Below are positions 13,685 to 27,926 of a DNA stretch of 64,000 bases, in pieces. How positions within the stretch are numbered: position 1 is the stretch's first letter; each line of letters begins with the position of its first letter. The notes below the pieces were generated by a model. The model saw only the letters and a program-made list of their open reading frames with translations. It had not been told where the DNA came from and did not search any database. The translations under genes and the position numbers were made by a program. Source of the DNA: Eledone cirrhosa (taxonomy: Eukaryota); NCBI GenBank assembly GCA_964016885.1, contig OZ024740.1, positions 133,858,001 through 133,922,000 on the forward strand, written 5' to 3'.

Positions 13685-14605
13685 AGTATATGTTGGTTGT
13701 ATAATTATAATTTGGCCAACATCTTTATAACACACACACATTTTACTTTACTTTATTTTTGATTTTTCATTTTTGATTTCTCATTGTTCATTTGTTATTT
13801 TTTTTCTGATTTCTTCACTTTATCACCTTATATTTATATTTAAGTTGAGATTGGTTATAACGCACACACATTTTATTTTATTATCCTATTTCCCTTTATT
13901 CTTTTACCATCTTGTTCCTCCTACCACTTTATTCGACATATTTCTACCTTGAGATTCGTTATTAGCACACACTCATTTTATTTTATTTTATTTGAATCTT
14001 CATTTTTATTTTTCACTTTTCATTTTCATTTTTCATTTTCAATTTTCATTTTTCATTACTTTTTCATTACTTTTTCATTATTTTTTCATTACTTTTTCAT
14101 TAATTTTTCATTTATTCTCCTTTTATTATTTATTTTCTGTTTTCTTCATTTTATTGCCTTCTATTTCTTCATATTCATGGCAGAAATCTTTATAACATTG
14201 AGATGTGTATAACACACACACACATTTTATTCGATTATTTTATTTTATTTTGTTCCTTTACCATCTTATTCCTTCTACCACTTTATCATTTTTTTTAGCT
14301 GACTCCAACAACAACACCACTACGAACATAAGAATAGAAGTCAGATGTACCTAACAATAACAAGAACAACTACAGATTGGCTTTCCTCAGAACGAATTTC
14401 TATAGACTTTTGACTGAGGAATGTTCTAACAACTGACCAATGAGAGGAGAAGAGGCCCTTTGACGCTGAAATTCGTTTCTTTAAATTCATATGATTCCAG
14501 TTCCTCAGTGAAATAACAACTCAACCAGGAACTGGGCATATCAAAGTATTGACAAAATTATACACCTCAACAACATGTGTGCTCGTCTCTACCACACTAA
14601 TTCGG

Positions 14606-14660
14606 ACTGCCTGAAGAGGTCACAGCCAAAGATGGCTGTCACCGAAATATATATAGCAGT
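14606..14660 (+). ncRNA. Type I hammerhead ribozyme, canonical core
   Basis: actgc-CUGAAGA-ggtcacagcca aaga tggctgtcacc-GAAA-U AUAU A-UA/gcagt, followed by AATAAA. Confidence 0.85.
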
Positions 14661-14978
14661 AATAAACGAAGCCAAATTTTAAACATTTGACTTATTTATT
14701 TTATTTTATTTTATTTTATTTTATTTATATATATATTTGGCTTTGTTGGTTCACCACTGGATAGAACTGGTCATTCTGTGTGGTCAGCCACGATGTAATG
14801 TTATGGAAAGCACTCAACGTAATGCAACCACCCGTCTTCGTTTGTGTAGTTGGTGGTGCGAGTACGGAGTTAATCATTACAAAATAACAGTAGGCATGTT
14901 CTGGTGTAAATCCTTGAAAGGTTTATTATACTATGATCATATGAATGACCGGGTTCAGTATGAATCCGGTGACATCAT

Positions 14979-15017
<39 letters not shown>

Positions 15018-15228
15018 AATATGAAAACATGGCGTGCTGCGTGGTTGCAAATGGGTTACATATCAATAAATTTAGTCCTTCATCAGTGATCTTTCAGCCT
15101 TCATTGGTATTTCATCGCTTTAAAGACCATATACCTCTGGTTGGTGCGAGCAACGGCTAAAGAATGTCGTTGGGACACGTAACTAGGGGGAACGAGCGAG
15201 ACAGTAAACAAACAAAGATGGTAATGCA

Positions 15229-15259
<31 letters not shown>

Positions 15260-15430
15260 TTATATATATGTGTGTATGTGTATATTTATATATATATATA
15301 TATATATTTATATGTGTATATATAAATATGTGTATATATATGTGTATATATATTTATATATAAGTGTGTATATATATATATATATGTGTGTATATATATT
15401 TATATATATGTATATGTGCGTGTGTGTGTA

Positions 15431-15463
<33 letters not shown>

Positions 15464-15505
15464 ATTCAAAATATTAACAAAATAGATATTCTTGTGGTCA
15501 AGTAT

Positions 15506-15570
15506 ATTTTATTATACATATTTCAGAGGTACTGAGTTAACTTCAACAGTACGTCCTCATCAGATAAAAT
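15506..15570 (-). ncRNA. Type I hammerhead ribozyme (left pLTR)
   Basis: attttat-CUGAUGA-gga..tactg..cagta..tct-GAAA-U AUGU A-UA/ataaaat. Confidence 0.8.
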
Positions 15571-16763
15571 AAGATGATGCATGACATACCCTGACATAGT
15601 AGATGGTTAAGATTCAGTCATGGTAGTGAGTAATATATGACAAAACTCAATATTTATATACCTTAATATTGAAAAATGAAAGAAACCTACATATAATACA
15701 TATAATAATGATTGTAATTATTTATTTATTATATGTATATTGTTTCACTAATACCTATAATACTCTCTCTATATATTTGAACAAATCTGTTTATCTAGTA
15801 TAATAACATGCTCTTAGTTACTTTTATAAGTAATTTGGATACTTAAATGACTCTCTATTGTTATAATTGTTAGATATTTTCTCAATGTTCTAAATTATAT
15901 AACGATTATTACTTAATTTAATTTAATTTATTTTAATTAAATTCGGGTTACCTTCGGGTCATTGAATCCTTAGCTCCTCTTTCTATCATCTTTGTGGACA
16001 ACTTAGAAGTGTTGTTAGTCTACTATATAAATTAAAAAAAAACTCTCTTGCATTTTTAAACTATATTTTTTGATATTGGGCACTTTTATGATCGCAAACA
16101 ATTCATTATTTTTACTTTTTCATTTTTTATTTTGAATCTAGTCCTTATCATTAGGATTCATGAAGTTTCGACTTGTATATTTATAGTATATATATATCTA
16201 TTAAATGATCCTATTATAATAATTGATCTAAAACATTAATTTTAACAATATTATTAGTAACTTATTTATTGTATTGTATTATGTTATGTCTAATTGAGAG
16301 GTATCATCTTAATCTTTAGACAATATAATCTTTGTATATTTTTTTTATATATATAATTTAATAATCAAACTTTTTTTTAAGTTTAATTATAAGGCCTGTT
16401 TATCCTTTAGGCATTCAAATCTTAAAATTCCTTAAAAATTATAACTGTAATTATTTTCTAAATTATATAAGGTAAACTATTTTCAATATAATATAAATAA
16501 TTTAATATTATATAATAAATTTAGTTAAGTTTACCTTCGTGAGGATGTAAAAACATTATGTTTTCTTTCTCGTGTTTGTAAATCCTTTAAATTTGATTTC
16601 ATAAAATTCGATTTTATAAATTAAATATGATAGTATACTTTAATATTAATACAGATATTTATTAACTTTTATAACCTAAAATATTATTCATTACTCTGAA
16701 CTAACTTAAATTAAATGATTTGAATGTTAACGGTCAACCAGATATGTTTGGATATATATTGTA

Positions 16764-19700
16764 CTAGACCACCCGTGACCCGTTGGCTCATGTTCACTTA
16801 AAAATAATTTTTAAATAATTAAAATATACACAAAATGTATATAATGTAAAATGACATTGGAAAGCCAATATATATATACGTGTATGTGTGTGTGTATATG
16901 TACGTGTATATATATATGTGTGTATTCGTGTGGGTGGGTGTCTGTGGCCTATATACACTGATTACAGACATACACACACATACATCCTGTCCTAACACAA
17001 GTTATAAGATACATATAACTTAATATTCAGTCACCAAATTCCAGCTAGATACAGTAATGCTGTATTCAATTCTTTGAAGTCACCTGTCATAATTTCATTC
17101 AACAACACCACCAGCTCTCTCCCTCTCTCTCTCTCTCACAACTACTATCTGCGTTTGTATTCACATTTCAATGGTACCTTACTTTCAAAGAATGTTCCCA
17201 TTATGCGCTGATTTGGTTATTTATAAAGGTACCAGAAAAAACCAGCGTATCTCGGGACCCGTGGTCCAATTTACGCGAAACTTGTCTTTTCACTGTATTT
17301 TTCACAAGTATTTTCAGAAAGAAAATATCAAATCATTTTCCACTAATAGCTAACCAATCACTCCACTTCAAAATTCTTTTTTCTATATCTCTATGGATAC
17401 TTGACTGTTTGTTCTGAAAGATTTTTCTGCTTAAAAAGTTGCAATGTTAATGAAAAGCTGGTTTTATTTACAAAAATTTGAAAAAAATTATTCTTACTTG
17501 TTTTAGGTTTTCCTCTTCTTTTCATTTTCTGACGTCGGAAACAACATTTTCTCATATTTACGCTGTTACAGTTTGTTTAAAAGAATGCTTTTGATGACAA
17601 CATTCTTAATTGACTGGCTATCCTTCAAAAACACTCTGACATTTTCTTTTCGTTTTCCGCGGCTAAGGGCTACATACAGTTGACCGTGTTGGAATACAGG
17701 TCGTTCAAGATAAACCAAGACGTTTTCCATAGTTTGTCCTTGTGCTTTATGAATAGTCATAGCGAAGCACGATTGAACTGGGAATTGGCTTCGCTGCAAA
17801 GGGATATCCTCACCTTCAGATAGATTAATTCTTATTCTAGGTATCATAACGATCTCATTTCTGAAAGCAGCAGTGTTGATTCTTGCTACTATGAGATTGT
17901 CGTGCAGTTTTTCCACGATCATGCGCGTTCCATTACAAAGCCTTAGAGGATTCGAGTTTCTCATAAGAATTATTGGCGATCCTTTTTTGTTCCATTCCAG
18001 GTTATGTGGTGGCAGTCCTGCTAGTTCAACCGAATCAAGGAATTTAGTCGGGAAATGAGTGGCTTTGGCACCATCACTCACAGAATTATAGGATCGGTAT
18101 TCTTTTATGGTTCCAGGGAAGCGTCTGATACAGGTGGAATTGATGTTTCTCATCATTTCATTGAGAGGTAATAAGATACAATATTTCGAAAACACTTCAG
18201 CTGGATTGTCGAATGAGGGGTAGATGAAATCAACACATTATTCCATAGTTGTTGCTTGGAGAACCATTTCTTTTGGCAAAATAATTTCCTCATTTTCATT
18301 TTTTTTCATCTGAACTTCTCCAATATCCAATAGGAACTGTGAATAGTCTCCTGCTCCTCCACCCAATCGCATATTTGTCTTCAACTGAAATCTTTTGAAG
18401 CTTCGCTATAAGTAGGATTTTTTAATGCAGGCGTTTTCCACGTACGCTTCATTTCCCCTTTTCACTACCGGAAGAAGCTGACGGAAATCGCCACAGCAAA
18501 TTGTCAAAATTCCACCGAATGCCTCATTGTTGCCACATATGTCACGCAGAGTGAGGTCAATAGCTTCGAAGCTTTCCCTCCGAATCATAGGACACTCATC
18601 CCAAACAATCAGCCTTGTATGCTGGAAGAGGTTTGCTGTCTTTGAGTTTTTATCAATGTTGCACAGACTATTTTCTTTCACTACTATCGGTATTTTGAAC
18701 CTAGAATGCGCTGTTCTTCCACCAGGCATCAGTGTTGCGGCAATGCCAGATGACGCAACAGCAATAACCACGTCACCGTTTCCCCTGACTTTTGAAAGAA
18801 TTAAGTTAATCAGGAATGTCTTTCCTGTTCCACCTGGAGCATCAACTAAAATCAATGTAGATGTGTTCGTCTCTAAACTGTTACAAACGAAGTCATACAC
18901 GTGTTTTTGTTCACTATTCAATAGAGGCTCCCTCTCTTTTACAAATCGTCGCTGCTCTTCTCTGGTGTATTGCAGTTCATGCAATAACTGTAAATTGCCA
19001 ATATCCTGATTAGCAACAATATTATTTGGCCTTGGCTAGTTAAAGTCACTAAGACTTTTGCCCAGGTCGTTAAGTTTGTCTTCAAAATACAGAAGACATT
19101 GATCATAATGTCACTCGCTAATCAAAAGGTTAGAGTTTCTGGTAGCCCTTTTTTCTATTTGAAGGTAATCCTGAGACAGTGAATGCTTAAATCGAGCCTA
19201 TAAAGCACTAGAATTGTCAATTTCCGATGAATAGATCTCTCATGGCTTTGGGAAGCCTTGTTCGCTCAGCATCTTCCAGAGTCTGTTGCCAATGATCATC
19301 CGATTGAAGCAAATCTTTCTCTCTGCAGACGTCTTTGAATAATGGCAGGAGTTCTCCATCACTCATTTTCAAAGAGTTGAAGGATACTGGCCCTTTGACG
19401 TGATGCAGAAGGAGTCTTAAATAATACAGGTCACCACTTCGTGGAGAAACAGAGAATACTCGTCCCAAAACGTTCGCCTCAAAAATCCCTGGATACTGCT
19501 CAACTGTTTTCCCCACCATTCTCCTTTCCCATCTCTTATTACTCCAAGTGTAAAACTTTGGGACATCGGCATAATACAATGTTTTTGCAAACGGATCGCG
19601 ATCGCAAAGATCCATGAACTCAGTCAGAGTCGTCTTAGCCATGTTATTGTTTACTTTAACAGCAACATTGACCCGAAAGAAGATTTGATTTTCCTCAGGT

Positions 19701-22700
19701 AGATGAACTTAAAGGCGAACTACGGCCGGTTCTCTCTCATGAATTGGAAATCCAAGTACCAAGGCAACAGCTTCTGAAGGACCGATATATCTTCCTGTTA
19801 AATACTGTATTATCTCATCTTCCCTGTTCACTCCAAACATTGCCTGATCACTGCCCTTCATGGTATATTTGATAACGTATTTGACCGATTTCTCGGAAGA
19901 GCACATCTCTACGTTTAGGTGGCAGTTGAACAGTTTTAATAGTTTCATATTGTGGGGAACCGCCCATTCCGAAGTTATATTTCGGCTTCCCCTTCCTTCT
20001 TGGTGCCCCTCAAATCCTCCCATTCCTGGAGACCATCTTCTGTACACAGGATAAGAGTCCTCTCCACAAAATGTATATTCATTGAAAGGATTAGGGTACC
20101 GCTTACTGCACGTTCCATCTTTCCAACACGGCGAATTGTTAGAGCAATTCGGACCGTGGATCATGTGCTTCAGCACCAATTCATGACCCTCTGGATCTTT
20201 GTTTGGATCTGGTATTTCGGTTTGAACACATTTATCATATTTCTGCGGTCTGGGCTTGGAGGCTTCATTGAGCCATAGCAAACAGTGCACATGAGGAAGA
20301 CCTCGCTTTTGATATTCGTCTGTGAGCACGTAAGCAATGCACTTGCCAAATAAGCCATCTACTCCAGTAAGATACTTTCTTAACAGTTTCCGCTTCAGGT
20401 CAAATACTCTGGTAATTAAATCTGGCCTGTCGTGTGGCTTCTGATTCAGGAATAGGTTTTGCCGGATTTCAGGCCAGTTTGGATTGCATGTCATTGTGAT
20501 GAAGAACGAAAGATTGCCGTACTACCGCATGTACATCATGGCATCCTGGCATCGCTCCATCATATATCTCGGTCCACCGACAAATGTGGAAGAGAGTATG
20601 ATTCGCCTGCCAATATTGCGAAAATCGTCATCATCATTCAATGCGTCGGATGTATTGCAGTCTATCTCCTTCAATCTTCGTAGCCATGTCAACCAAATAT
20701 TCCTGTAATAAACGACTGCTTCTGAGAAGCTGGTTGAATTCATTCTCATGGTTCATTATTCAATAGGCATAGTAGCGCATTGGCGTCAACTTCTTGTTGT
20801 TGCTCATTAACAGCTCACGATGCCATCCGTCATCGCCAAAAGGAAAAAATAGAACATACTACAAACTGTCATAGGACCGATGGGACTCTGAGATTATTTG
20901 CAATTTTCCGCCTTTTTCTTTCAACACAATGTGCCGTGCTTTTGCTTGAAGTTCGGTGCTGTTTTGTATAATAACGGCAACTTCGTTTGCAGTTTGTTCC
21001 ATTGCTGGTCTCCTATAAGGATCAATAATAATCGAAGCTTCGGGAATATTTTTAATTTGTTCTTTTGCCATTCGAAATGAAGCAACGTAAGGGTTATATT
21101 GTCTGAGTATTATTTCCAATAATTCAACTATGTCGCGCTGAATGCCATCGTTATGGAGTATCCTGATCCTCAAATCAACACTATCCTGAGGATCCAAGAA
21201 GTAAATTTGAAGAAATTGGGGTTGTTCGTTGGGATTAGGGGTTAAGGAACCGATGTAATGGTGAATTTTACCATGAATAACGATAGAAGGATTCCATCCA
21301 CTCCTTGAGGAACGAACTTCTTCGGCCCCAAAAGATGTCATTTGGAACAGGCAGTTGTATTGTCTGAGATTCTTCCTGAACTCGTTTGCCCTAGGTTGAT
21401 CATTACTAAATAAACTGTGAAGTTCCTGGGATAAAGGCTGCAGATTCCCCAACCTGACTTTTCCATTCATACAGCAAAAGTTAGCAGTTTCACCATGAAA
21501 AAGCATTGCATGACAACAGACACAGATCTTATTCATCTGTCCAACAGCAACAGAGAGGTCACGTCGTTGAACTGTTTTTGTTCTATCCCTAATGGTTTGT
21601 TGGCAAAGACGTTCAGTTCTCTGAGCGTCCGATTCATGATCTCTCCTTCTTCTGTCTCTTTTCTTCTGTTCCGCCTGACGCTCAGCTCTCAGACCATCCG
21701 ATTTATGATCTATCCTGTTTCTGTCTCTTTTCTTCTCTTCCGCCAGACGCGCAGCTCTCGGACCATCCGTTTCATGATCTCTCCTGCTTCTGTCTCTTTC
21801 CATCTGTTCCGCCAGACGCGCAGCCCTTGCTTTATCAGTCTCATCGATCCTTCTATTCGCATGCCTGCTCCGATCTTGTTGGCGTTGACCACTATCTTGC
21901 TCACCTTCTTCGGCTCTCCTTAGCCGTGCTTTCTTTCCACTATCGATAGACCAACCAGATGTTTTCTTTCTTCCTCGTCGAGGCATTATTTAAGAATCGA
22001 AAATCGTATTCACCGTAGAAAACATTCATATTACCTCAACAAATATTTTTTTTTAAATCATCATTTAGAAATATTTCTAAATAATGAAAATATTGTCTGT
22101 TTAAACAACTCGTATTTTTCAAATCATATTCCCTTAAAAAATACTTATTAATAATTAAAATATTCTGTTTAAAGAGAGCTGAAATATATATACTCGGTGT
22201 ACAAATAATTTGTATTTTTTAAGTCATTTTCACTTAAGAATATTTTTTAAATATGCCAAGAAATATTTTTTCCATCGTATTCACTTGAAAATAATTTTTA
22301 AAAAATGAAGATATTGTCTATGTAAATAAAGCTATTTGTGAAATCAAATGCACTTTAAAATATTTCTAAATAATTGAAATATTCTTTTTAACAAAAGCAA
22401 AAATATAAACATCTACTGTTTAACACCAACTGGTATTTTTCAGTGATATTCACTTAATGCTTTTCTGATAATTAAAATATCGTCTATTTAAAGAAAGCTC
22501 GAATATAGATACTTGAAGTCCAAACAACTTGTAGTTTTGAAATCATATTCACTGAGAAATCACTGAAAAATTTTTTTTTTTTTATTATTAAACTATTTTC
22601 ATCATTCGAGAAATATTTTTATGTCGATTTACGTCAAACCTGTTTTATCCCCATTTCAGGGTTATATCACTTACATGGCTATTTTCCCATTATGCACCGT

Positions 22701-23502
22701 TTTGGCTATTTACGAAGGTATCCTACACAGACACACACACACACACACAAATATATATATATATATATATATATATGTCTCTAACTTAAGTACTGTTACA
22801 CACACACACACACATGTCTCTAAGTACATAAACACATGCACTGGCACACATACACATACAGATACACACGGTGGCAGTATAACTGTGAAAGAGAGAGAAA
22901 AAAATAACGTTATGGATAGGGGGAGAGTTAAAATAAATAAAAGTTAAGGACGCTGTCTCTTTCCCTATCTGTCATCCCCCCTCTCTCTCTCTCATCCCCT
23001 CACTCTCTATCTTTCTCTCTCTCTTTCTCTCTCCCACCCCCTCTCTGTCTCTCTTACCTACAGAATGGACAACCAAAAACCAAACGGATTATTTCTTTCT
23101 ATATTCATTATAAAATAAGATAAATTGAATTTAGATGAATTCCTTGCTATTTTTGGAAAATTGAAAATATTCTCCATGTGCGATTTACGCCAAACTTGTT
23201 TTATTCAGAGTATTTTCTCATTATGCAATGTTTTGGCTATTTACGAAGTTTTGCGGGTTATGTTAATTTCGAGGTATTTTCCTAGTATGCACCGTTGTAG
23301 CTATTTACGAAGGTACCCCCAAAACCCGCGAATCTCGGGAACCCGGGGTCAGATTTTCGCGAAATTTGTTTTATTCAATTTGTATTCCCATTTCAGAGAC
23401 AACTTGCTTTCAAAGTATTTACCCATTATGCGCCCTTTTGGCTGTATTACATAACAGGAAAGCAAGCAAGCACGCAAGATCAGAGTTTTAGTAGTATATA
23501 GA
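16764..23502 (-). mobile_element. Helitron with both termini (6.7 kb)
   Basis: 5' TCTATATACTACTAAAA at 23502; 3' degenerate hairpin (16774-16792) then CTAG at 16767-16764; inserted between A and T with no TSD; encodes RepHel. Confidence 0.92.
17566..21986 (-). pseudogene. Helitron RepHel (HUH Rep + Pif1 helicase), frameshifted
   Basis: N-terminal 20-aa R/D/E repeats; CxxC..CC Zn finger; FITMTCNPNW, EYQKRGLPHVH (HUH), YVIKY; GGTGKT, DECPM, GDFRQLLPV, FAMTIHKAQGQT and QLYVALSR. Confidence 0.95.
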
Positions 23503-24030
23503 TAGATATATTATCTAAAGACTTGTTTTTAACCTGATATGAATACACCCAATTATATTTAAAATTTCGATTAATGAATACTTTTAGATAATTCAATAAT
23601 TCAATGAATTGAATTTTTTTCCTAAAGCTAAGCCCAAACGTTGTTCTATATAAAAATATACAATTAATATCTCCCTATATGTTACACTTTAAAAATTATT
23701 ACTTTTTATCTCTCTCTCTGTAATCAACTCTCTTTTGCTTTCTATGCTCTTACTAGCTATATTATCCCTTCATCTGTTTCTTTCTCTATGCCTTTCTTTT
23801 CTTTCCTCTTTCTTCGGTAATTTAAATTATTTGAATCTCTAACAGTTATATTGCTGCTTTATATTTGTTAAGCTTTCTCACACGCACCCTCTCTATTATA
23901 TGTATCATATGTAGGTTTTTTTGATGTTTCAATATTAAGGTATATAAATATTGTGTTTTGTCATATATTACTCACTACCATGCCTGAATCTTAACCATCT
24001 ACTATGTCAGGGTATGTTATGCATCATCTT

Positions 24031-24095
24031 ATTTTATCTGATGAGGACTTACTGTTGAAGTTAACTCAGTACCTCTGAAATATGTATAATAAAAT
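24031..24095 (+). ncRNA. Type I hammerhead ribozyme (right pLTR)
   Basis: Inverted copy of 15506-15570; 7-bp stem I, canonical core, AUA cleavage site. Confidence 0.8.
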
Positions 24096-25502
24096 ATGCT
24101 TGATCACAAGAATATCTATTTTCTTAATATTTTGAATTAATATTAATAACTCCGGAAAACCAAATTTGTTGAGTGCTTCCAATCTATTGTAAAACTCATT
24201 ATTTGATATATTCATTGAACCTTGTTTAACCTTTAAATATATATATATATATATATACAGTAAGAATATTTTCGAAACAGCGAGTTTATATATATATGAA
24301 TAACACAGCGAGTATATATATATATGAATAACACAGCCTAATTTTGCAATCCAAAATTATTTACTTCTGCTCTGATATTTTCTCTCTCTCTCTCTGACTT
24401 TGTCTTCACTGCTACCCTACTAACCACTTCCCATCAACCACTTTCTCATTATTTTGTGATTTGACTGCTGAGTTGGTCAGTTCACTCTGTTGCTTCTCTT
24501 CTCGTCTGATATTATTAGTTCCAAGGTGATTGATCGAACTTACAGTTGCCTACCCACATTTCTGTGTTCGTTTGATTTTAACAACCTTCCTGTCCCATAT
24601 AAGTATGTAGATATTTCGCCTTGTTCCCTATCCAAAGAGTTGACAAGACTCGATCTGCTCCGTTATTTTCTTTTTCAGCATCTGTTGTCTTTTTCATCCC
24701 GAACAACTCTCTTCCTTTAGATACTATTGATGCACTGGAAATAATAGTCCTGTGTTCAAATTCTCCGAAACTATGATGACTCAGAGAAGAGAGCCAACGA
24801 CTGGTAATTGTCCATATCTTTACTAAGTTTTCTGTGTTCTTTATATCTGCCACGTGTTTCTTAATGATACATATATTTTTTTATCCTTTAACTGATTTCA
24901 ATCATTAGACTGCGACTGTGCTTGTGCGTCGTGCCTCGATCATATTAAGACTATATTCGTGAACAGAGGAAGCAAACATTGTTGAACAATTAGCTGAACT
25001 AAAAAGCAGACAATGACAACTCGAGATATATGGAAAATATTATGAAAATTAACTGACGCATACGGAAATCTAACTAATTAAGAATAGAGATAATTTTAAT
25101 CTTAGAAAAGGCAAGAAAAAATGTCGACCTGTTCAAATATACTTTTATCATCTTCTTAAACTACAATCATTCACGTATATGCCAGATACAATGAAACAAA
25201 GGTTAGACAAAAAAACATGTACAAATACTTGTGTTTCAAAACAAAATAAAACACAACGTAAGCAAGACGAGCATATCATTTGCATGGAAAATAAAAACAA
25301 GTGTATTCAATAAAATGCTAACAAAATTAATGTGGCTTATCAAACTTGTTTCAAGAAATTAAACTCGGCAACGACAGTCTCCACTTTGCATTTGATTCAT
25401 TGATAGTTTCAATATTCCATCACAATTTTATGCATCCCTCACTCCCTCCGTCTCTCTCTCTCTCTCTCTTTCTTTATCTCTCTCTCCCTCTCTCTCTCTC
25501 TC

Positions 25503-25618
<116 letters not shown>

Positions 25619-27926
25619 CAGAGAGAGAGAGAGACCTATCTATATTTATCTCTCTTTCCCACGCATTGGCCTAACGTTAGTAAATCCATAAAAAAGAGCT
25701 TGAGAATCTGAGTCGATAGTATACCTGAGAACATTTTAATAGATCATATTGGAAAGATGCTCTCGCCAACGTGCTAGGCCACTTACCATAACGTGTGTAA
25801 TGCAGGTGGTATATTTCACCGATTTAAACATCGGAAGCATATTTCTATTATGTATATCTTTCAATAATTTTTTCCCTCAGGAAATATCCGACTTGTAAAA
25901 TTAAGTTCTGGGGTCTATAAAATCAATTAATAATCTTTAAAACAGTGCCTCTATAATGACTGTAGTCTAATGGTTGAAACTTGTTAACGAAAAGCATCTC
26001 ATACGACGCAAAGAATATAGTAATAATTGAAAACATTTAAGCCTGGTTGTACAATTTATGGAATTAGAATATGATTTTAGATACAACAATTAAATAGTTC
26101 ATGTACAGATTCCATTTTCCTACAATAATTGACGAACGTTTCGTAGTTAACACGATTCCCCTCAAATATAGCAGTAAAACAAAGGTGCTGTGTTTTCCCA
26201 ATGATTAAATATGATAATATGATACCATGTTGCCCTTTTCTTGTGAAATGCATTATATTGTATGTAACAGTCTTATGCTGCAACGAAATATTATCATACG
26301 TTTAGCATTTCTAAACAAGAAAGATGTAAAACAACACGGCAGGTAAAACAAGTTCAGTCATAAAGTATAAAAGGAAGTGGATATTTATTTATTTTTACTA
26401 CTTCTGATTTGTTTCTTCATCCGTTTTCTGATTATAATCACACGCTGTGTTTCTCTGTGGATTATGCTAGAGTTCAACACATGATTGGCGAAGTTGGAAA
26501 GTGAGGAACGGAACAAGAGATGAATAAAATAAAGGCACACAGCAAAGGACACACAAGTAAGATAACAGTAAAAAGAAATAACGTGAAAATGAAACATAGA
26601 GAAGTAAATATGTGAAGAAAATGTATAGAAAGAATGTATGGGGAGAATGAAAAGGAATTATGTTCGAAGTAACTGAATAGATTTTCAAGGATAAAAAACA
26701 TAACTAGAATTTCTGCGAAATTTCTTTTGTAGATTATCTTCTTTCATTCCTGATTTGCCTATTTTGTATTCAGAAACATAGATGCACATGTAAATTATTA
26801 AATAAGCAAAAATCTCACTGATATATTGTCATAAACATGCATCACATAGCTGTGTACTCATATAGCAGCACAGGAACATTCAAGAAGAAACACACATACA
26901 GTAATTTACAAGGGCGTACATAATCATGTTCATCACCCGTGACAGCTAAAGCCAGTTGGGATGCAACGCTAGATAATCTGGCAGTCAGCAATCAACAATA
27001 ATCTCTGTTTTGTCACATTCAGAAAGACGGTTTTTCTTTGTCCTCCTTCAACAATGCCCCCGAGAATGTTTTTGAACAGGGATACATGTCGTGCATGGAT
27101 ACATTTCGTGCAGGGATACATATCAGCAGCACCCGATGAATTTTCCTAGCTTCGCTGTTACAAGAAGTGGATCCTGTCTGTCAACACATTTGGTGGCTAC
27201 TTTTGTCTAGTATTTTCTGTACGGTAAACGCTGCATCATTATGATTAAACGCCTCCATTCTTTAATTCGTACTAGCGCTATGTGTCCCCACCCATACGGA
27301 TGGTTCGGTTTGGATTTTGGGAGAAAAAATGTATTCAATGTTATTCTATTTATTCCTTTTTCGCCATTCATCATGATACTTGCTACTACCTTCTGGTTGT
27401 GACTATTGATTAGACTATTGATATTTTTTAAATCCCCGTTGTTTATGCTCCTAACGCTCGGTGGTACGTTCAAGGAATTCTTCCTTGTTGCCATCAATCA
27501 GGTTAATATCGTTAGCAAAACGCTAAGTCAAAATGAGCATCTATCGATAGAAATTGAATCATGGAAGTACTGCAGTTTTTCCAAAACTACATTTAAAAGC
27601 ACATGCAACACAGATTGTGATGATAGCTTCAACTACTTTCAGAAGAAATGAACTGTAACCACATGATGGAGTAAACGGAAGAAAATCGGGAAATGACCGT
27701 AATCACAAGATGGAGTAAACGGAATATGACCAGAACGAAGAAGAGACACAGAAGAGAAGAAATAATCATTGAAGAGACCATAGATTAATAATAATACAGC
27801 TAAAGTGATTGTCCAAATAGTGCATGTGATTTATTGGTAAAATTGCCAAACAAATCATCCCCAAGTCTAATAATATGTTTCAACACACGATTTCAGATCA
27901 ATATTCTTGCAAAACAAATATATATA

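Larger units (their letters stand above)
15463..24236 (-). mobile_element. AT-rich decayed Penelope-like element with inverted pLTRs (15463-15675 / 23927-24140), split by the Helitron
   Basis: About 210-bp IR, each arm with an HHR; minus-strand remnants YIEQRLGLALG (RT motif B), SLDNI (decayed YxDD), IYKHE..FLHPH and NIV*KC (GIY-like). Confidence 0.65.
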
